A stretch of 64,000 bases of DNA from an uncultured bacterium (GTDB taxonomy: Bacteria > Ratteibacteria > UBA8468 > B48-G9 > DSTR01): assembly GCA_964645405.1 (NCBI GenBank), contig CAZYCA010000034.1, positions 70,131 to 134,130 of the forward strand, read 5' to 3'. The position numbers and the translations under genes were made by a program. Of the stretch, positions 19,443 through 29,621 are shown in pieces. Under the pieces are notes generated by a model. It did not search any database. It was not told where the DNA came from and worked only from the letters and a program-made list of their open reading frames with translations. Position 1 is the stretch's first letter. Every line of letters begins with the position of its first letter.

Positions 19443-20111
19443 TCAGCGGGCTTTGATAGCCAGTATCCGTACCAGATCAGCAGCCCGGTCAATGCTGTCT
19501 ATTGTTTCTTCCAGAGTATCAATGATTTCATAAACCACCAGTAGCCGCGGACCGGAAAGAGCCGACTGCAGGAGAAAAGACATCAATTCTCTTTTACGGT
19601 CATCCCCTTCCTCTTCCAGGGTCTCAACCTGGGCACAGTATTCCAGAACCTTTTCTGTACCATCCTGTACTAAAGCCATAATCGCCTGTTCCAGTTTTTC
19701 CGCAGCCTTCACCGCCAGAAGGCTGTTTTCCACTATCGCGTGCATAAGTGGAGGTGGAAACGATTCCGGAACAAACTCCAGAAGACGCGCCACACCTTTG
19801 GCATTGTCTGCAATATCGTTAAGAGCCTCATTAAGAAACATTAAGTCTTCCCTGTCAGGGGGTAGCAAAATTCCCCGGGAAAGTTCTTCCATCATTACGC
19901 GCCGGATTTCATCCCCTTCATGTTCTGCTTTTTTGACCGCATCTATCGCCTGATTTTTAGCCGTATCATCCCCCCTGGCCAGTCCTTCCAGACTATTCTT
20001 CACTTCCTGCACGCACAGTAAGGATTTCGCCACATGGCTCAGGGCATCAGTAAGAATTTTTTTCTCCTCCCTTCCCCCCAGCCAGGCTAAAATATTATGT
20101 GTTCTTGCCAT
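19443..20111 (-). CDS. DUF47/PhoU-like phosphate transport regulator-related protein (TIGR00153 type)
   Basis: The 222 aa protein is helical and lies immediately downstream of a Pit transporter, as in the conserved pit-DUF47 pairing. Confidence 0.7.
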   Translation of the reverse strand: MARTHNILAWLGGREEKKILTDALSHVAKSLLCVQEVKNSLEGLARGDDTAKNQAIDAVKKAEHEGDEIRRVMMEELSRGILLPPDREDLMFLNEALNDIADNAKGVARLLEFVPESFPPPLMHAIVENSLLAVKAAEKLEQAIMALVQDGTEKVLEYCAQVETLEEEGDDRKRELMSFLLQSALSGPRLLVVYEIIDTLEETIDSIDRAADLVRILAIKAR

Positions 20112-20120
20112 ATGTCCTCC

Positions 20121-21083
20121 TTACTTCCATAATAGCACCAATTTAATGATAAACCAACTGATAAAAGCTGCAGCCACCGGCGTAAAAGCCCAGGCTACAA
20201 AAATATCTCGTGCCAGCCTCAGATTGAGGGTTTTAATCCCTGCCACCAGACCAACTCCGAAGATAGCACCCACAATAGAATGGGAGGTGGAAACCGGGAT
20301 ACCCCAGATAGTATAAAGATGCACATTCAATGAAGAAGCTATCTCAGCTGCCACAGTCATCACAGGAGTTAAATGAGTAATCTGGAAACCAACCGTCTCA
20401 ATCACCCGCCTTCCCCAGGTTACCACACCCAGCACTATAGCAAAACCACCAATGAGGGCTGCCAGTTGCGAGGACATTTGATTTGTTCCCGTAAGAATCC
20501 CTGTCGCATTAGCCACATCGTTACCACCCCAGGTAAAAGCCAGGTAAATACTGGTCAGGTAGATCAACACTACAAGCAGTCTTTCCCTTATTCTTCTTAG
20601 CAAGGGCAGCTGGAAAAACCAGAAAATAAGAGGATAAAGTAACAAACCGAGAAAGGCGGAACCCAGGGGAGTGGCTATCCAGCAAATCACAATCTGCTTC
20701 ATTTTCCCCCAGACAATAATTGTATGGCAGGCTAATCCAGCACCAGCCACTCCACCAACAATGGCATGCGAAGTGGAAACAGGAAACTTCAGGTAGGTTG
20801 CTAATGTCACCCAGCTGGCAGCTCCAAAGATAGCAGCAAAGGTAATAAGCAGACCCTGTTCACACGGTAGACTGTGAAGAGGAACAATACCTTTGCCAAT
20901 GGTTTTAATTACCTGTCCGCCTAAAAAAACCGCTCCCAGAAAACTGAAAAAACAGGTGAGAATAATTCCATTGCGTAAGGACATTACCCCGGAACCAATA
21001 TCCGCACCCACACAGTTGGCAGCATCATTGGCTCCCATGGACCAGCCCATGTAAAGCGAACAAAGCAAAGCCAGAAGAAACAT
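20121..21083 (-). CDS. pit: Inorganic phosphate transporter, PiT family
   Basis: The duplicated signature reads GANDAANCVGADIGSG and GGNDVANATGIL. The protein is a 320 aa polytopic membrane protein. Confidence 0.85.
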   Translation of the reverse strand: MFLLALLCSLYMGWSMGANDAANCVGADIGSGVMSLRNGIILTCFFSFLGAVFLGGQVIKTIGKGIVPLHSLPCEQGLLITFAAIFGAASWVTLATYLKFPVSTSHAIVGGVAGAGLACHTIIVWGKMKQIVICWIATPLGSAFLGLLLYPLIFWFFQLPLLRRIRERLLVVLIYLTSIYLAFTWGGNDVANATGILTGTNQMSSQLAALIGGFAIVLGVVTWGRRVIETVGFQITHLTPVMTVAAEIASSLNVHLYTIWGIPVSTSHSIVGAIFGVGLVAGIKTLNLRLARDIFVAWAFTPVAAAFISWFIIKLVLLWK

Positions 21084-21132
21084 TTTCCCTCCAGAGACCT
21101 TAGTAGTTTACCATATACTGATGAAACCAGCC

Positions 21133-22608
21133 TCATCGCACAGGCTCTAAGAGATAGTAGTTTCCGATAATGCGGCTGATTACATAGCAGCTCTTAACCT
21201 GCTTGAGGAAAGAAGGAGAAAAAAAGACAGAGTTTTCCTGGTAACTCTCTGCGCTTAATACTATGGCTGAAAATTTTTTCTCCCTGACCATCTGGAGAAT
21301 TATCCCCTCCGACCACTTCCCAAGCCTTGCCAGTTGAGTAAACTGGTAGGGCTGGAAAAAAACTTCATGACCGGAGAGTAAAAGGTAACCAACATCCTCG
21401 CTGATGACTGGTTCAGGTAAAGGAGAAAGTGATGAACAGATGAGCTGGCCCACCTGTCTGCGAGCAAAGTCAGGAGTAAGACTGGAAACCGCTGCCGGAA
21501 CTTCCTGGCCATAGGTGCGGGTAAAAACCGCAGCAGGTTTCAAAGGCAAATAGAGAAAAAGTTGAGCAAGACAGAGAAGATAAACTACCAGTCGGTACGC
21601 AGTTTCTCCTGGGAGAAAAGCAAGACATATACTTCCAGCAGCCAGCAGTTCCAGATAATAGTTTTCTTCAGCACCGGTTTTCAAACTGAAAAAAATAGCC
21701 AGCAAAACACAAATCAAGTAAAACTGCCACCATTGTTTCTTCTGGGTGACCAAAGAGAAAATTACGATACTGAAAAGAATAATGTGACGACCAGAAACCT
21801 GTACCAGAAGATGGAAAAACTGCCCGGGGGAAAAGCCAGACATATTCAGCTGCCAGAAATGTTGCCAGAAAGTGTGTCCCCAGCAAAGGGTAATTGCCAG
21901 AAGGGATAAAGAGAAAAAGAGGAAAAAAGAAAAAAGGTAAGTCAAACCATACTTCTTTTCTCTCCAGGCTACCCCACAACCAAAGGTTACTGCCAGAAAG
22001 AAAGGTTTGACGAAAAAAGCCAGGGAAGCCAAAAAGCCAGAAAAAATTGCCCCGTATTTGAAGGAAGTAAGAAAACTTACGGTGAGAGCCGCTAAGACAA
22101 GAAGCAAACCAGTAGTATCCGGTTGAAGACTGCCGGCGACATAAACAGTGACTGGAGAAAAAAGAAAAAGGCTAACTGAAGTTAACGCCAGAGTCTTTCC
22201 TGCCTTCTTTTTTACCAGAGAAAAAATCAAACCTGCACTCAGGAGAAGCGAAAGCATACTTAACAATCTTGCCGGTAGAAAGATACCGTATCTGGAGAAA
22301 AGATAATAAAAGGGTAAACTCAAAAGGTAAAAATTCGGCGGATAAGGGTTATGAACAAACGGACCAGAGAAAGTTATGCGCGGGTAAAGAGATTTTCCTT
22401 TTGCCAGTTGCCAGAGCCAGTTTGTCACCACCCCTTCCCGGTAATGCAGTGGATAAGGGAAAAAAAGACAGACAAAAAGGTACCGGAGAAAGAATGCCAG
22501 AGAGATTAAGAAAACTATCCAGATAATCACTTCCAGGCTTTTTTCCTCTTTTTTCATTTTTCTCCGTTTATTTCCTCTCGATGAGTACCAGAGAGAGTCT
22601 GTCCACAA
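21133..22608 (-). CDS. Polytopic membrane protein with a C-terminal soluble domain; possibly a GT-C-fold glycosyltransferase paralog
   Basis: The 491 aa protein has about 11-12 TM helices followed by a roughly 120 aa C-terminal domain. Its architecture matches the upstream gene. It overlaps the upstream gene by 41 nt. Confidence 0.35.
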   Translation of the reverse strand: MWTDSLWYSSRGNKRRKMKKEEKSLEVIIWIVFLISLAFFLRYLFVCLFFPYPLHYREGVVTNWLWQLAKGKSLYPRITFSGPFVHNPYPPNFYLLSLPFYYLFSRYGIFLPARLLSMLSLLLSAGLIFSLVKKKAGKTLALTSVSLFLFSPVTVYVAGSLQPDTTGLLLVLAALTVSFLTSFKYGAIFSGFLASLAFFVKPFFLAVTFGCGVAWREKKYGLTYLFSFFLFFSLSLLAITLCWGHTFWQHFWQLNMSGFSPGQFFHLLVQVSGRHIILFSIVIFSLVTQKKQWWQFYLICVLLAIFFSLKTGAEENYYLELLAAGSICLAFLPGETAYRLVVYLLCLAQLFLYLPLKPAAVFTRTYGQEVPAAVSSLTPDFARRQVGQLICSSLSPLPEPVISEDVGYLLLSGHEVFFQPYQFTQLARLGKWSEGIILQMVREKKFSAIVLSAESYQENSVFFSPSFLKQVKSCYVISRIIGNYYLLEPVR

Positions 22609-24145
22609 AACCTTTACCCTGAAAATGGTGTAAACCAGATTCCAGAAAAACAGTGGAGTTATTCTCTACGGTCTTCCCGTCAATAGCCAGTTGTTGTCCC
22701 ACCCAGCTGATACGATAATCACCGGAGACAGGGATTTCTATTTCTGAACCCTCTAAAGCCAGCAAAGAGCGGTCAATACTCAATCCTGGCATGTAAACTT
22801 CACTCTCACCTATGGGCTGGTAAACGGAATTAAGGAAATTGATTATTTCCACCGGCATTTCCTTTACCCGGTAGTCAAAAATAACCACAGGATAATGCAG
22901 TTGAGTCAGTTGTCTGATTGTCTGTTCAGCAAATTTTTTCGTATCTATCATAGCCATAATTCCCCGATGCATACAGGCATGAAAACCCACATGCTTGCGG
23001 TAAAACATCAACCCGCGTCCATCAAACACAGGTCCTTTTGAGGGGTCTAACTTTTCTACCAGAGCCATAGTCTGTAAATCCTTTCTGTTACTCCGGGAAA
23101 ATTCTGGAAGTATCTGTAAAAGACCTGGTAAAGAACCGAACAGAACCAGTCCCGCAAGAAAAGTTTTTCCGCCCTGACCGAAGGAGTTAACAACACGAGA
23201 AAGAAGGAAGGAACAACCGATGGCCAGTACCGGGAATAAAGGAAGAAAACTCTGTCGGTAAGGCTCAGGAAGCAAGAAAATGCCGGCAACAGTTCCCCCC
23301 AATGGTCCCAGAAGCAAAAGGCTACGTTCTGACCTGTTGAGGAAAAAACCACCCAGAATGCCGGAAAAAGCCAGCCCCATTAATCCGGAAGAAGTGGTGA
23401 AAGCCTCAAAAATGTAGCCAGCCGGAGAAAAACTGTGTTTCCAGAAAATGTTGTTGAAAACTACCGCCTTGATAAACTCAGGGAAAAGGTCTTTTACAGT
23501 CAGGTAAAGGAAAAGTGGCAGCCCACTGCTTAACATACCCACAACAACAAACAAAAATGATACCGCGCCAAAGAATAAAGCCACTACCAGAGCCAGACCA
23601 AAGACAGCATATACATACTTAGCCGAAAACAAAACAGTAAGCCCGCTCAGCAATCCTGTAAGGAAAGCCTTTTGCCCGGGCAGATACTGCCTGTTGCATT
23701 CCAAGACAAGTAAAATTGCTACAGTGAAGGATAAAATGGCTGGACTTTCCGGTCGGGCTTCTATCATCTTGGCAGTGAACATTGGTACACAAAAGAGCAA
23801 CCAGGTGCAAATGCAAGCTGGCACCGTCCCATCCTGACGCCGGCAAAAACAGAAAATAACCCAGACTGTTGCCAAACTACAGGCAAGACTAAGAAAACGC
23901 CACAGAAAAAGTAACCCCGGTCCATCACCCAGACGCATCAAGGGGGAGAGCAAAAGGTGGTAAAGAAAGACATGGTGTTCAAAAAAATCGCGCAAGGGAA
24001 TAAAATTATGCGCTAAAAGCCAGGATAAATGGGTATGCTGAAATTCATCATCATCAAAATAGCGAAAGACAACCAGCCAGATCCAGCAAAGACTGATAAC
24101 AAGAAAAAGATAAAAAATCCACCCAGGCCGCCTGCTTCTGGTCAT
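22568..24145 (-). CDS. Putative GT-C-fold membrane glycosyltransferase (GT39/GT83-like, PMT/ArnT-type architecture)
   Basis: The 525 aa protein has multiple TM helices. The first-loop motif YFDDDEFQHTHLSWLL resembles the DE motif of PMT/ArnT-type enzymes. A C-terminal periplasmic domain is present. An ATGA overlap couples the start to the GH2 stop. Confidence 0.4.
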   Translation of the reverse strand: MTRSRRPGWIFYLFLVISLCWIWLVVFRYFDDDEFQHTHLSWLLAHNFIPLRDFFEHHVFLYHLLLSPLMRLGDGPGLLFLWRFLSLACSLATVWVIFCFCRRQDGTVPACICTWLLFCVPMFTAKMIEARPESPAILSFTVAILLVLECNRQYLPGQKAFLTGLLSGLTVLFSAKYVYAVFGLALVVALFFGAVSFLFVVVGMLSSGLPLFLYLTVKDLFPEFIKAVVFNNIFWKHSFSPAGYIFEAFTTSSGLMGLAFSGILGGFFLNRSERSLLLLGPLGGTVAGIFLLPEPYRQSFLPLFPVLAIGCSFLLSRVVNSFGQGGKTFLAGLVLFGSLPGLLQILPEFSRSNRKDLQTMALVEKLDPSKGPVFDGRGLMFYRKHVGFHACMHRGIMAMIDTKKFAEQTIRQLTQLHYPVVIFDYRVKEMPVEIINFLNSVYQPIGESEVYMPGLSIDRSLLALEGSEIEIPVSGDYRISWVGQQLAIDGKTVENNSTVFLESGLHHFQGKGFVDRLSLVLIERK

Positions 24146-26538
24146 GGCAGATTGTAGAAAAAACCTTTTCTGGCATTTGCCAGGATTCTGGAACCGGTAA
24201 TTTCTGGTAAACTAACTCTACCCTTTTCGCCAAAATCTACCAGAAGCTCAGTACTTTCTCCGGAAACAATTTTCACTGTGCGTTGAATTTCCTGATAGTC
24301 AGGGCATTTCAATACCAGGGGGTAGTCTCCAGCAGGTAAAGGAATAATAAGGCCTACATAGGGATAAACAGGCACCCTGATATCGTTAAAGAGAAGATAA
24401 GTAGTTTCCGGGGGCTCACCGCATACTCTGGCCTGAATCTTCAAAAGACCAGGACGGGAAGCCTCACCTACATCAAAGGGACTGCTGTTGGTATAAAGCC
24501 ATTGACCCTGACTATCAAACAGCTGTACCCAGCAGGTATGTAAAACCCCGGGAGTTGTTCCCGTGACAGGAAAGCTGATGGTCTGTATTTCTGCCTGTCT
24601 GTTCCCTGGTATATCAAAGTTAACATAACCTCTGGCTAACTCTGTAAAGCCACGCATAATCTTCCAGGTAGCAGTCAGATTCTTCATCCTCAAACCTTCC
24701 GGGTTAAAATAACGTAAAGAAGCTTTCCAGAAACCATCAGCCTTACAGAGAGCATTTTCTTCACAGAGGAAAAGTTTTATTTGCCCTCTTAAAAGATTAG
24801 CCGCAGTATAGGCCAGAAGTTTAGGTTGTCTTTTCTCATCCAGGATACCATGGGCACAGATGCTGTTTGCGCGATGAAAATCGCTGAGTGTCCAGAGACA
24901 GATACCACAGATTTGTTCTGAACTGGTGGCGGTATACTGAAAACCAAAACGCACCACATGGTCCTGGTAGGTTTCTGAACCACGGGACTGGTCGCCATAA
25001 CCACCATCTAATTTTCCAGCAGTAGCCAGCGCCCCCTGCTCGGCAACCAGGATAGGTTTACCTGAAGAAGACTGAAGAATAAGAGGAAGGTTTTCCCGTA
25101 AAGCGTAAACACTCTTGGAGTGATACCAGCCGTAGTGAAAGTTCCTTGCCAGGATATCCACCAGGTGGTTATAAGCCAGTTCTGCGGTAGAAGCAAAGAC
25201 AATACTCACTGGCCGGCTCCTATCCAGAGAACGTACCAGACCGGTAGCCTGCTCATTATAATCAGGTGTTCCGTGCTGTTCGTTAGCTACTGCCCAGAAA
25301 CAAACGCTGGCGTGATTCCGCAAAGTCTTTATCATTTCCTCAATCTGTCCTTTCAGCCAGAAACGCCAGGCTGTTTCTGATTCCGCAAAAATCTTTTTAA
25401 TCTGCCAGGAAGGAATTTCTGCAAACACAATAATACCAAGCCGGTCGCAGAGCTCGTAAAGAAGCGGATGATTGGGGTAATGACCAGGCCGCAAAAAATT
25501 ACAATGAAAGACATTTTTCAGGAGAAACAAGTCTTTTTCCCGTAACTGTTCTGTTAAACAGGGACCATAACCAGGATATTCCTCATGTTGACCAAAACCC
25601 TGGAGCCACAAACGTTTATTGTTCAGGTAAAAAAAACCATTTTTGATCGTAACTTCTCTCAAACCAAGAGGGAAAGAAATTCTCTGTAGCAAGCCGTATT
25701 TCCATTCCAGGTTCAACGTATGAAGATAGGGGTCATCTGGAGACCACAGACGAGGATTTTCCAGAGAAAACTGGAGCTTTACCGGTACACTGCTGCCTGG
25801 TTTGACATTAACATGGTTGCGACTAAGACCTACCACTTTTGTTTCCGCTCTGACTTCACCAGAAATCGTACTCTGGTATTCCTTCCCGGTAGCATTTATT
25901 ACCAGGGCTTCGACTGTCAGAAGACATCTTCCTTCTTCCAGTATGCGGACACTGGTGGCTAAATTATCCAGATAAACAGCTGGCCTGTGCACCAGGTAAA
26001 CTTCCCGGTAAAGACCGCCAAAAGACTGCCAGCCCAGGTGAAGTGCGGGAACAGTCTCCTCAGAAAGTCTGTTATCCACTCTGACTACTATCTCTGCATT
26101 CCTTCCAGGTTGAACATATTTAGTAATTTCAAAAGAAAAAGGGGTATAACCACCCCGGTGGACACCCAGATACTCTCCATTCACCCAGACATCGGTTACA
26201 TGCATTGCACCTAAAAACACAACAAGAATCTGCTGGTTCCAGGAACGGGGAATAAGCACAGATTTAGCATACCAGTTTAAACCCACAGGAACAGGATAAC
26301 TGACCTGACCAGGCCTTTTCCCCCAGATACCAGGGACTGTCACCTTCCGCCAGCCAGTACGGTCCCAGCCAGTATTAAACCAGCCAGCTGTTGTCCCTTT
26401 ATCATCAGGGTCTTCCTGAAAAAGCCAGGTACCGGAAAGGTCCAGAGAATCAAGAAAGGCTGTATCCCGAAGCGGGAAAGAAAAAGTCAGAGAAGCCAGA
26501 AGAAAAAACTGCAAAACAGTAACAGGTTTCTTCAGCAT
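24142..26538 (-). CDS. Glycoside hydrolase family 2 (beta-galactosidase/beta-glucuronidase/beta-mannosidase-like), secreted
   Basis: The length is 798 aa. A signal peptide is present. The sugar-binding N-domain reads RTGWRKVTVPGIWG. The acid/base region is CFWAVANEQHG (the NE motif) and a TIM-barrel region is present. Confidence 0.75.
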   Translation of the reverse strand: MLKKPVTVLQFFLLASLTFSFPLRDTAFLDSLDLSGTWLFQEDPDDKGTTAGWFNTGWDRTGWRKVTVPGIWGKRPGQVSYPVPVGLNWYAKSVLIPRSWNQQILVVFLGAMHVTDVWVNGEYLGVHRGGYTPFSFEITKYVQPGRNAEIVVRVDNRLSEETVPALHLGWQSFGGLYREVYLVHRPAVYLDNLATSVRILEEGRCLLTVEALVINATGKEYQSTISGEVRAETKVVGLSRNHVNVKPGSSVPVKLQFSLENPRLWSPDDPYLHTLNLEWKYGLLQRISFPLGLREVTIKNGFFYLNNKRLWLQGFGQHEEYPGYGPCLTEQLREKDLFLLKNVFHCNFLRPGHYPNHPLLYELCDRLGIIVFAEIPSWQIKKIFAESETAWRFWLKGQIEEMIKTLRNHASVCFWAVANEQHGTPDYNEQATGLVRSLDRSRPVSIVFASTAELAYNHLVDILARNFHYGWYHSKSVYALRENLPLILQSSSGKPILVAEQGALATAGKLDGGYGDQSRGSETYQDHVVRFGFQYTATSSEQICGICLWTLSDFHRANSICAHGILDEKRQPKLLAYTAANLLRGQIKLFLCEENALCKADGFWKASLRYFNPEGLRMKNLTATWKIMRGFTELARGYVNFDIPGNRQAEIQTISFPVTGTTPGVLHTCWVQLFDSQGQWLYTNSSPFDVGEASRPGLLKIQARVCGEPPETTYLLFNDIRVPVYPYVGLIIPLPAGDYPLVLKCPDYQEIQRTVKIVSGESTELLVDFGEKGRVSLPEITGSRILANARKGFFYNLP

Positions 26539-26567
26539 AGCTGATAAAAATTTACCTGAAAATGCAG

Positions 26568-28325
26568 TTATTTTGCTTTCTTCTTGAGCTGAGCAAAAGA
26601 TGTCACAATTTCCTTCTCCAGAGCAGTAAACTCCTGCAGGTTATCTTCGCTGATATACCTGGAGAGAACCATTTTCTGGCGCACCGGTAAAGATTTTATG
26701 GCCTCCAGTTGTACTCCCTGCTCCAGCGCCTGCCAGGCTAAACTGTGAAACTTCATAATCAACTGCAGCATTAAGTACTGTTTTTTTAAGGTAGTGTAAG
26801 CGTCCCGCTCGTCAAAGGCACTCTGGTGCAGAAACTCTTCTCTCAGACAACGTGCTGTTTCCAGAACTAATCTATCTGCAGAAGAAAGTGTCTCCATACC
26901 AACCAGACGGACAATCTCCAGCAGTTCAGCTTCTCGCTGTAAAAGGGAAAGAGCCTGGTCTCTCATCGCTGCAAACTCCGGACTGATATGCTTGCTGAGA
27001 AAAGGGATAACAGTCTTATCATAGAGGGAATAACTGTTCAGCCAGTTAATAGCCGGGAAATGTCTTTGATAAGCCAGCCGGTCATCCAGTCCCCAGAAAA
27101 CCTTGACTACCCTTAAGGTCATCTGAACCACCGGGTCAGTTAAGTCCCCACCCGGGGGACTGACAGCGCCGATGATAGACAGAGACCCTTCCCGGTCAGG
27201 CTGTCCGAGACATTGCACCCGTCCTGCCCTTTCATAAAAAGAAGCCACATTGGTACCCAGATATGCTGGGTAGCCCTCCTCACCTGGCATTTCTTCCATT
27301 CTTCCGGAAATTTCTCTCAAGGCTTCCGCCCAGCGACTGGTAGAATCAGCCATCAAAGCCACGGAATAACCCATGTCCCGGAAGTATTCGGCTATGGTAA
27401 CACCCGTGTAGATTGATGCTTCCCTGGCTGCCACCGGCATATTAGAAGTATTGGCAATCAGAACTGTTCTTTCCAGAAGAGGTCTGCCAGAGGATGGATC
27501 TTTCAGCCTGGGAAACTCTATCAAAACATCAGCCATCTCATTACCTCTTTCCCCGCAGCCGATATAGACCACCACCTCAGAATTAGCCCATTCAGCAATG
27601 GCGTGCAAAACAACAGTCTTACCACTACCAAAAGGACCCGGAATACAGGCAGTACCACCCTTGAGAATAGGGAAAAAAGTATCAATCACTCTCTGACCTG
27701 TCACCAGTGGTTCCACAGGCTGTCTCTTTTCCCGGAAAGGGCGCCTTTTCCTTACAGGCCATCTCTGCATTAAGGTGATAGCTCTGGTATTGGTCTCTGT
27801 TCTAATCACTCCTACTGGCTCCTCCACGGTAAAGGAACCACTCTTCATCTCCACAATTTCTCCGGAAACTCCGGGAGGTAACATTATCCGGTGTGCAATC
27901 AAAGGTGTCTCCTGTACTACCCCGATGATATCACCAGCCTGACAGATGCTGCCTGGTTTCACCAGTGGCTGAAACTCCCATTTCTGGTTCCTGTCTAAAC
28001 TGGCAATCTGGATTCCACGAAGAATGAAATCTCCGTGTTTTTCAAGTTGAGAAAGTGGCCGTTGAATACCATCAAAAATATTTTTTAGCAGTCCTGGGCC
28101 CAACTCCACCAGAAGCGGTTGTCCGGTTTCCTCTACTCTGTCTCCTACCTTCAGTCCTTCTGTTTCCTCATAAACCTGGATGGAAACTACCCCGGACTGG
28201 ACACTTATGATTTCTCCAACCAGAGATTCTGGTCCAACCCTTACCATGTCATACATCCTGGCGTGCTGCAGTTCAGATGCCTGGACCAGAGGTCCGGCTA
28301 CCTTGATAACCTTTCCTGTACTCAT
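26568..28325 (-). CDS. atpA: V-type (A/V) ATP synthase catalytic subunit A
   Basis: The N-terminal beta-barrel reads [55 protein letters not shown]. The P-loop is GPFGSGKTV. The Walker B and non-homologous-region lengths (585 aa) are typical of the V-type A subunit. Confidence 0.9.
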   Translation of the reverse strand: MSTGKVIKVAGPLVQASELQHARMYDMVRVGPESLVGEIISVQSGVVSIQVYEETEGLKVGDRVEETGQPLLVELGPGLLKNIFDGIQRPLSQLEKHGDFILRGIQIASLDRNQKWEFQPLVKPGSICQAGDIIGVVQETPLIAHRIMLPPGVSGEIVEMKSGSFTVEEPVGVIRTETNTRAITLMQRWPVRKRRPFREKRQPVEPLVTGQRVIDTFFPILKGGTACIPGPFGSGKTVVLHAIAEWANSEVVVYIGCGERGNEMADVLIEFPRLKDPSSGRPLLERTVLIANTSNMPVAAREASIYTGVTIAEYFRDMGYSVALMADSTSRWAEALREISGRMEEMPGEEGYPAYLGTNVASFYERAGRVQCLGQPDREGSLSIIGAVSPPGGDLTDPVVQMTLRVVKVFWGLDDRLAYQRHFPAINWLNSYSLYDKTVIPFLSKHISPEFAAMRDQALSLLQREAELLEIVRLVGMETLSSADRLVLETARCLREEFLHQSAFDERDAYTTLKKQYLMLQLIMKFHSLAWQALEQGVQLEAIKSLPVRQKMVLSRYISEDNLQEFTALEKEIVTSFAQLKKKAK

Positions 28326-28332
28326 TTCTGTT

Positions 28333-28623
28333 TCACTTAATTCCTGTTGCTTTCCTTATCAGTTCTTCCATCAACCGCTGACCTGTACCCTGATGTTTTT
28401 TCCAGGCTGGTAAAACCACTATCTCACCCTGGAGAAAAGAATTTTTCATAACTTCTGGTTCAAAGATTTCTTCGCTGACAAAGATGGTAGCATAACCTCT
28501 TTTTTTCAGTTCTTCCAGCCAGGTGGTTGCCTCCGCTACTGTTTCTGCCGCGAAAACATCTCCCCCCAGCAGCCGGAAGAACTCCAGACTGACTCTTTCC
28601 CCTAAGAAAGCAATTTTAGCCAT
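28333..28623 (-). CDS. atpF: V-type ATP synthase subunit F
   Basis: Translation MAKIAFLGERVSLEFFRLLGGDVF... from the ATG at 28623 gives a protein of about 96 aa. Its size and pattern fit V-ATPase F, and it sits directly upstream of subunit A. Confidence 0.6.
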   Translation of the reverse strand: MAKIAFLGERVSLEFFRLLGGDVFAAETVAEATTWLEELKKRGYATIFVSEEIFEPEVMKNSFLQGEIVVLPAWKKHQGTGQRLMEELIRKATGIK

Positions 28624-29621
28624 TGGATGGTTTGTACACAAACTAAGGTAGTATAACATATCTTATGCCGCACAGGAAAATTTTGCGTACCGGATTACCT
28701 TTTCGAATAATCTTTTCCGCTCTATATCCACACTTACGGTAAAATGTATTACAGTTTTCTCCCAACTTCTTATAACTTGGAAGACCCGGACTGGAGAAGA
28801 TATACGGTACAAAAAATCATTCGCAGAAAAAATACACTCCTAACGCGGAAACATTCTACGGTTACTCAGGAAATGAGGAAGTAAGGGAAAAACTGTCTGG
28901 AAAAAGCAAAAGCGACAGAAAACACTCAGCCCTGCAGAAAAAGGATAGAGATGTGGGAAAAAGCCATCTGGCCATATGTGGAGGAAGGTAAAAAGAAATA
29001 TCGAGGAAACAAAATCTCCTGTATGTCTTGTGCCCATACGAATTTTGAGAAAGGTGATCGGAAAAAAGGAGTTATTCTCTCTGACTGGTACACAAGAGGA
29101 AGCAATACCGGAACAAAAAGGAATTATACTGCCAGGATTGCCCAAGATGGGCAATGTCTTTATTTCTGCTACACAAAAAACTGGTCACTTCACCAACTAT
29201 TTTCCCTTATGGTCACCGGGAGATATTTGTTTCCAGGCGCAGGGCTGCTCTTTACAGACGATATGCTTTTAATCCCACAGGCTTGTTTGTTTCCCTTTCC
29301 CATGGTGAGCTAAACCAGGCAAGCAATGTACTGGTATAGAAATTAAAGGCAAAAATTCACTCCACTATCCAGAACCCGAGAAACGGAGAGCCCCTTACCA
29401 TGAAGAGAGATTTTAGAGGACGGGATAAAAGCAGGAGAGAAATTCTATTTCCATATTATAAGGCTTCTTTCACCCGACAATTCAGGCAGTTACCCTTATA
29501 AAATAGACTGTTTTGTTCCCTTTTCCACTGTTCACCAGTTGAACAGACTGGCAGAAATAGAATTAGAAAAATAACGAAGAAAACAGGTACCTTGCGCAAT
29601 ATATCAAAAAGCAGAACTTAC

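Noticed and set aside
28840-29313. ORFs of 98-120 aa in the 1 kb gap (28840-29154 minus, 28951-29313 plus, 28976-29272 plus)
   Set aside because: They overlap one another, are rich in K/R or F, show no motifs and have no RBS. The region is reported instead as a non-coding gap of interest.
29528-29548. The hairpin ctgttca-ccagt-tgaacag downstream of the znuB-like stop as a terminator
   Set aside because: No U-run follows it on either strand, so it is not a convincing intrinsic terminator.
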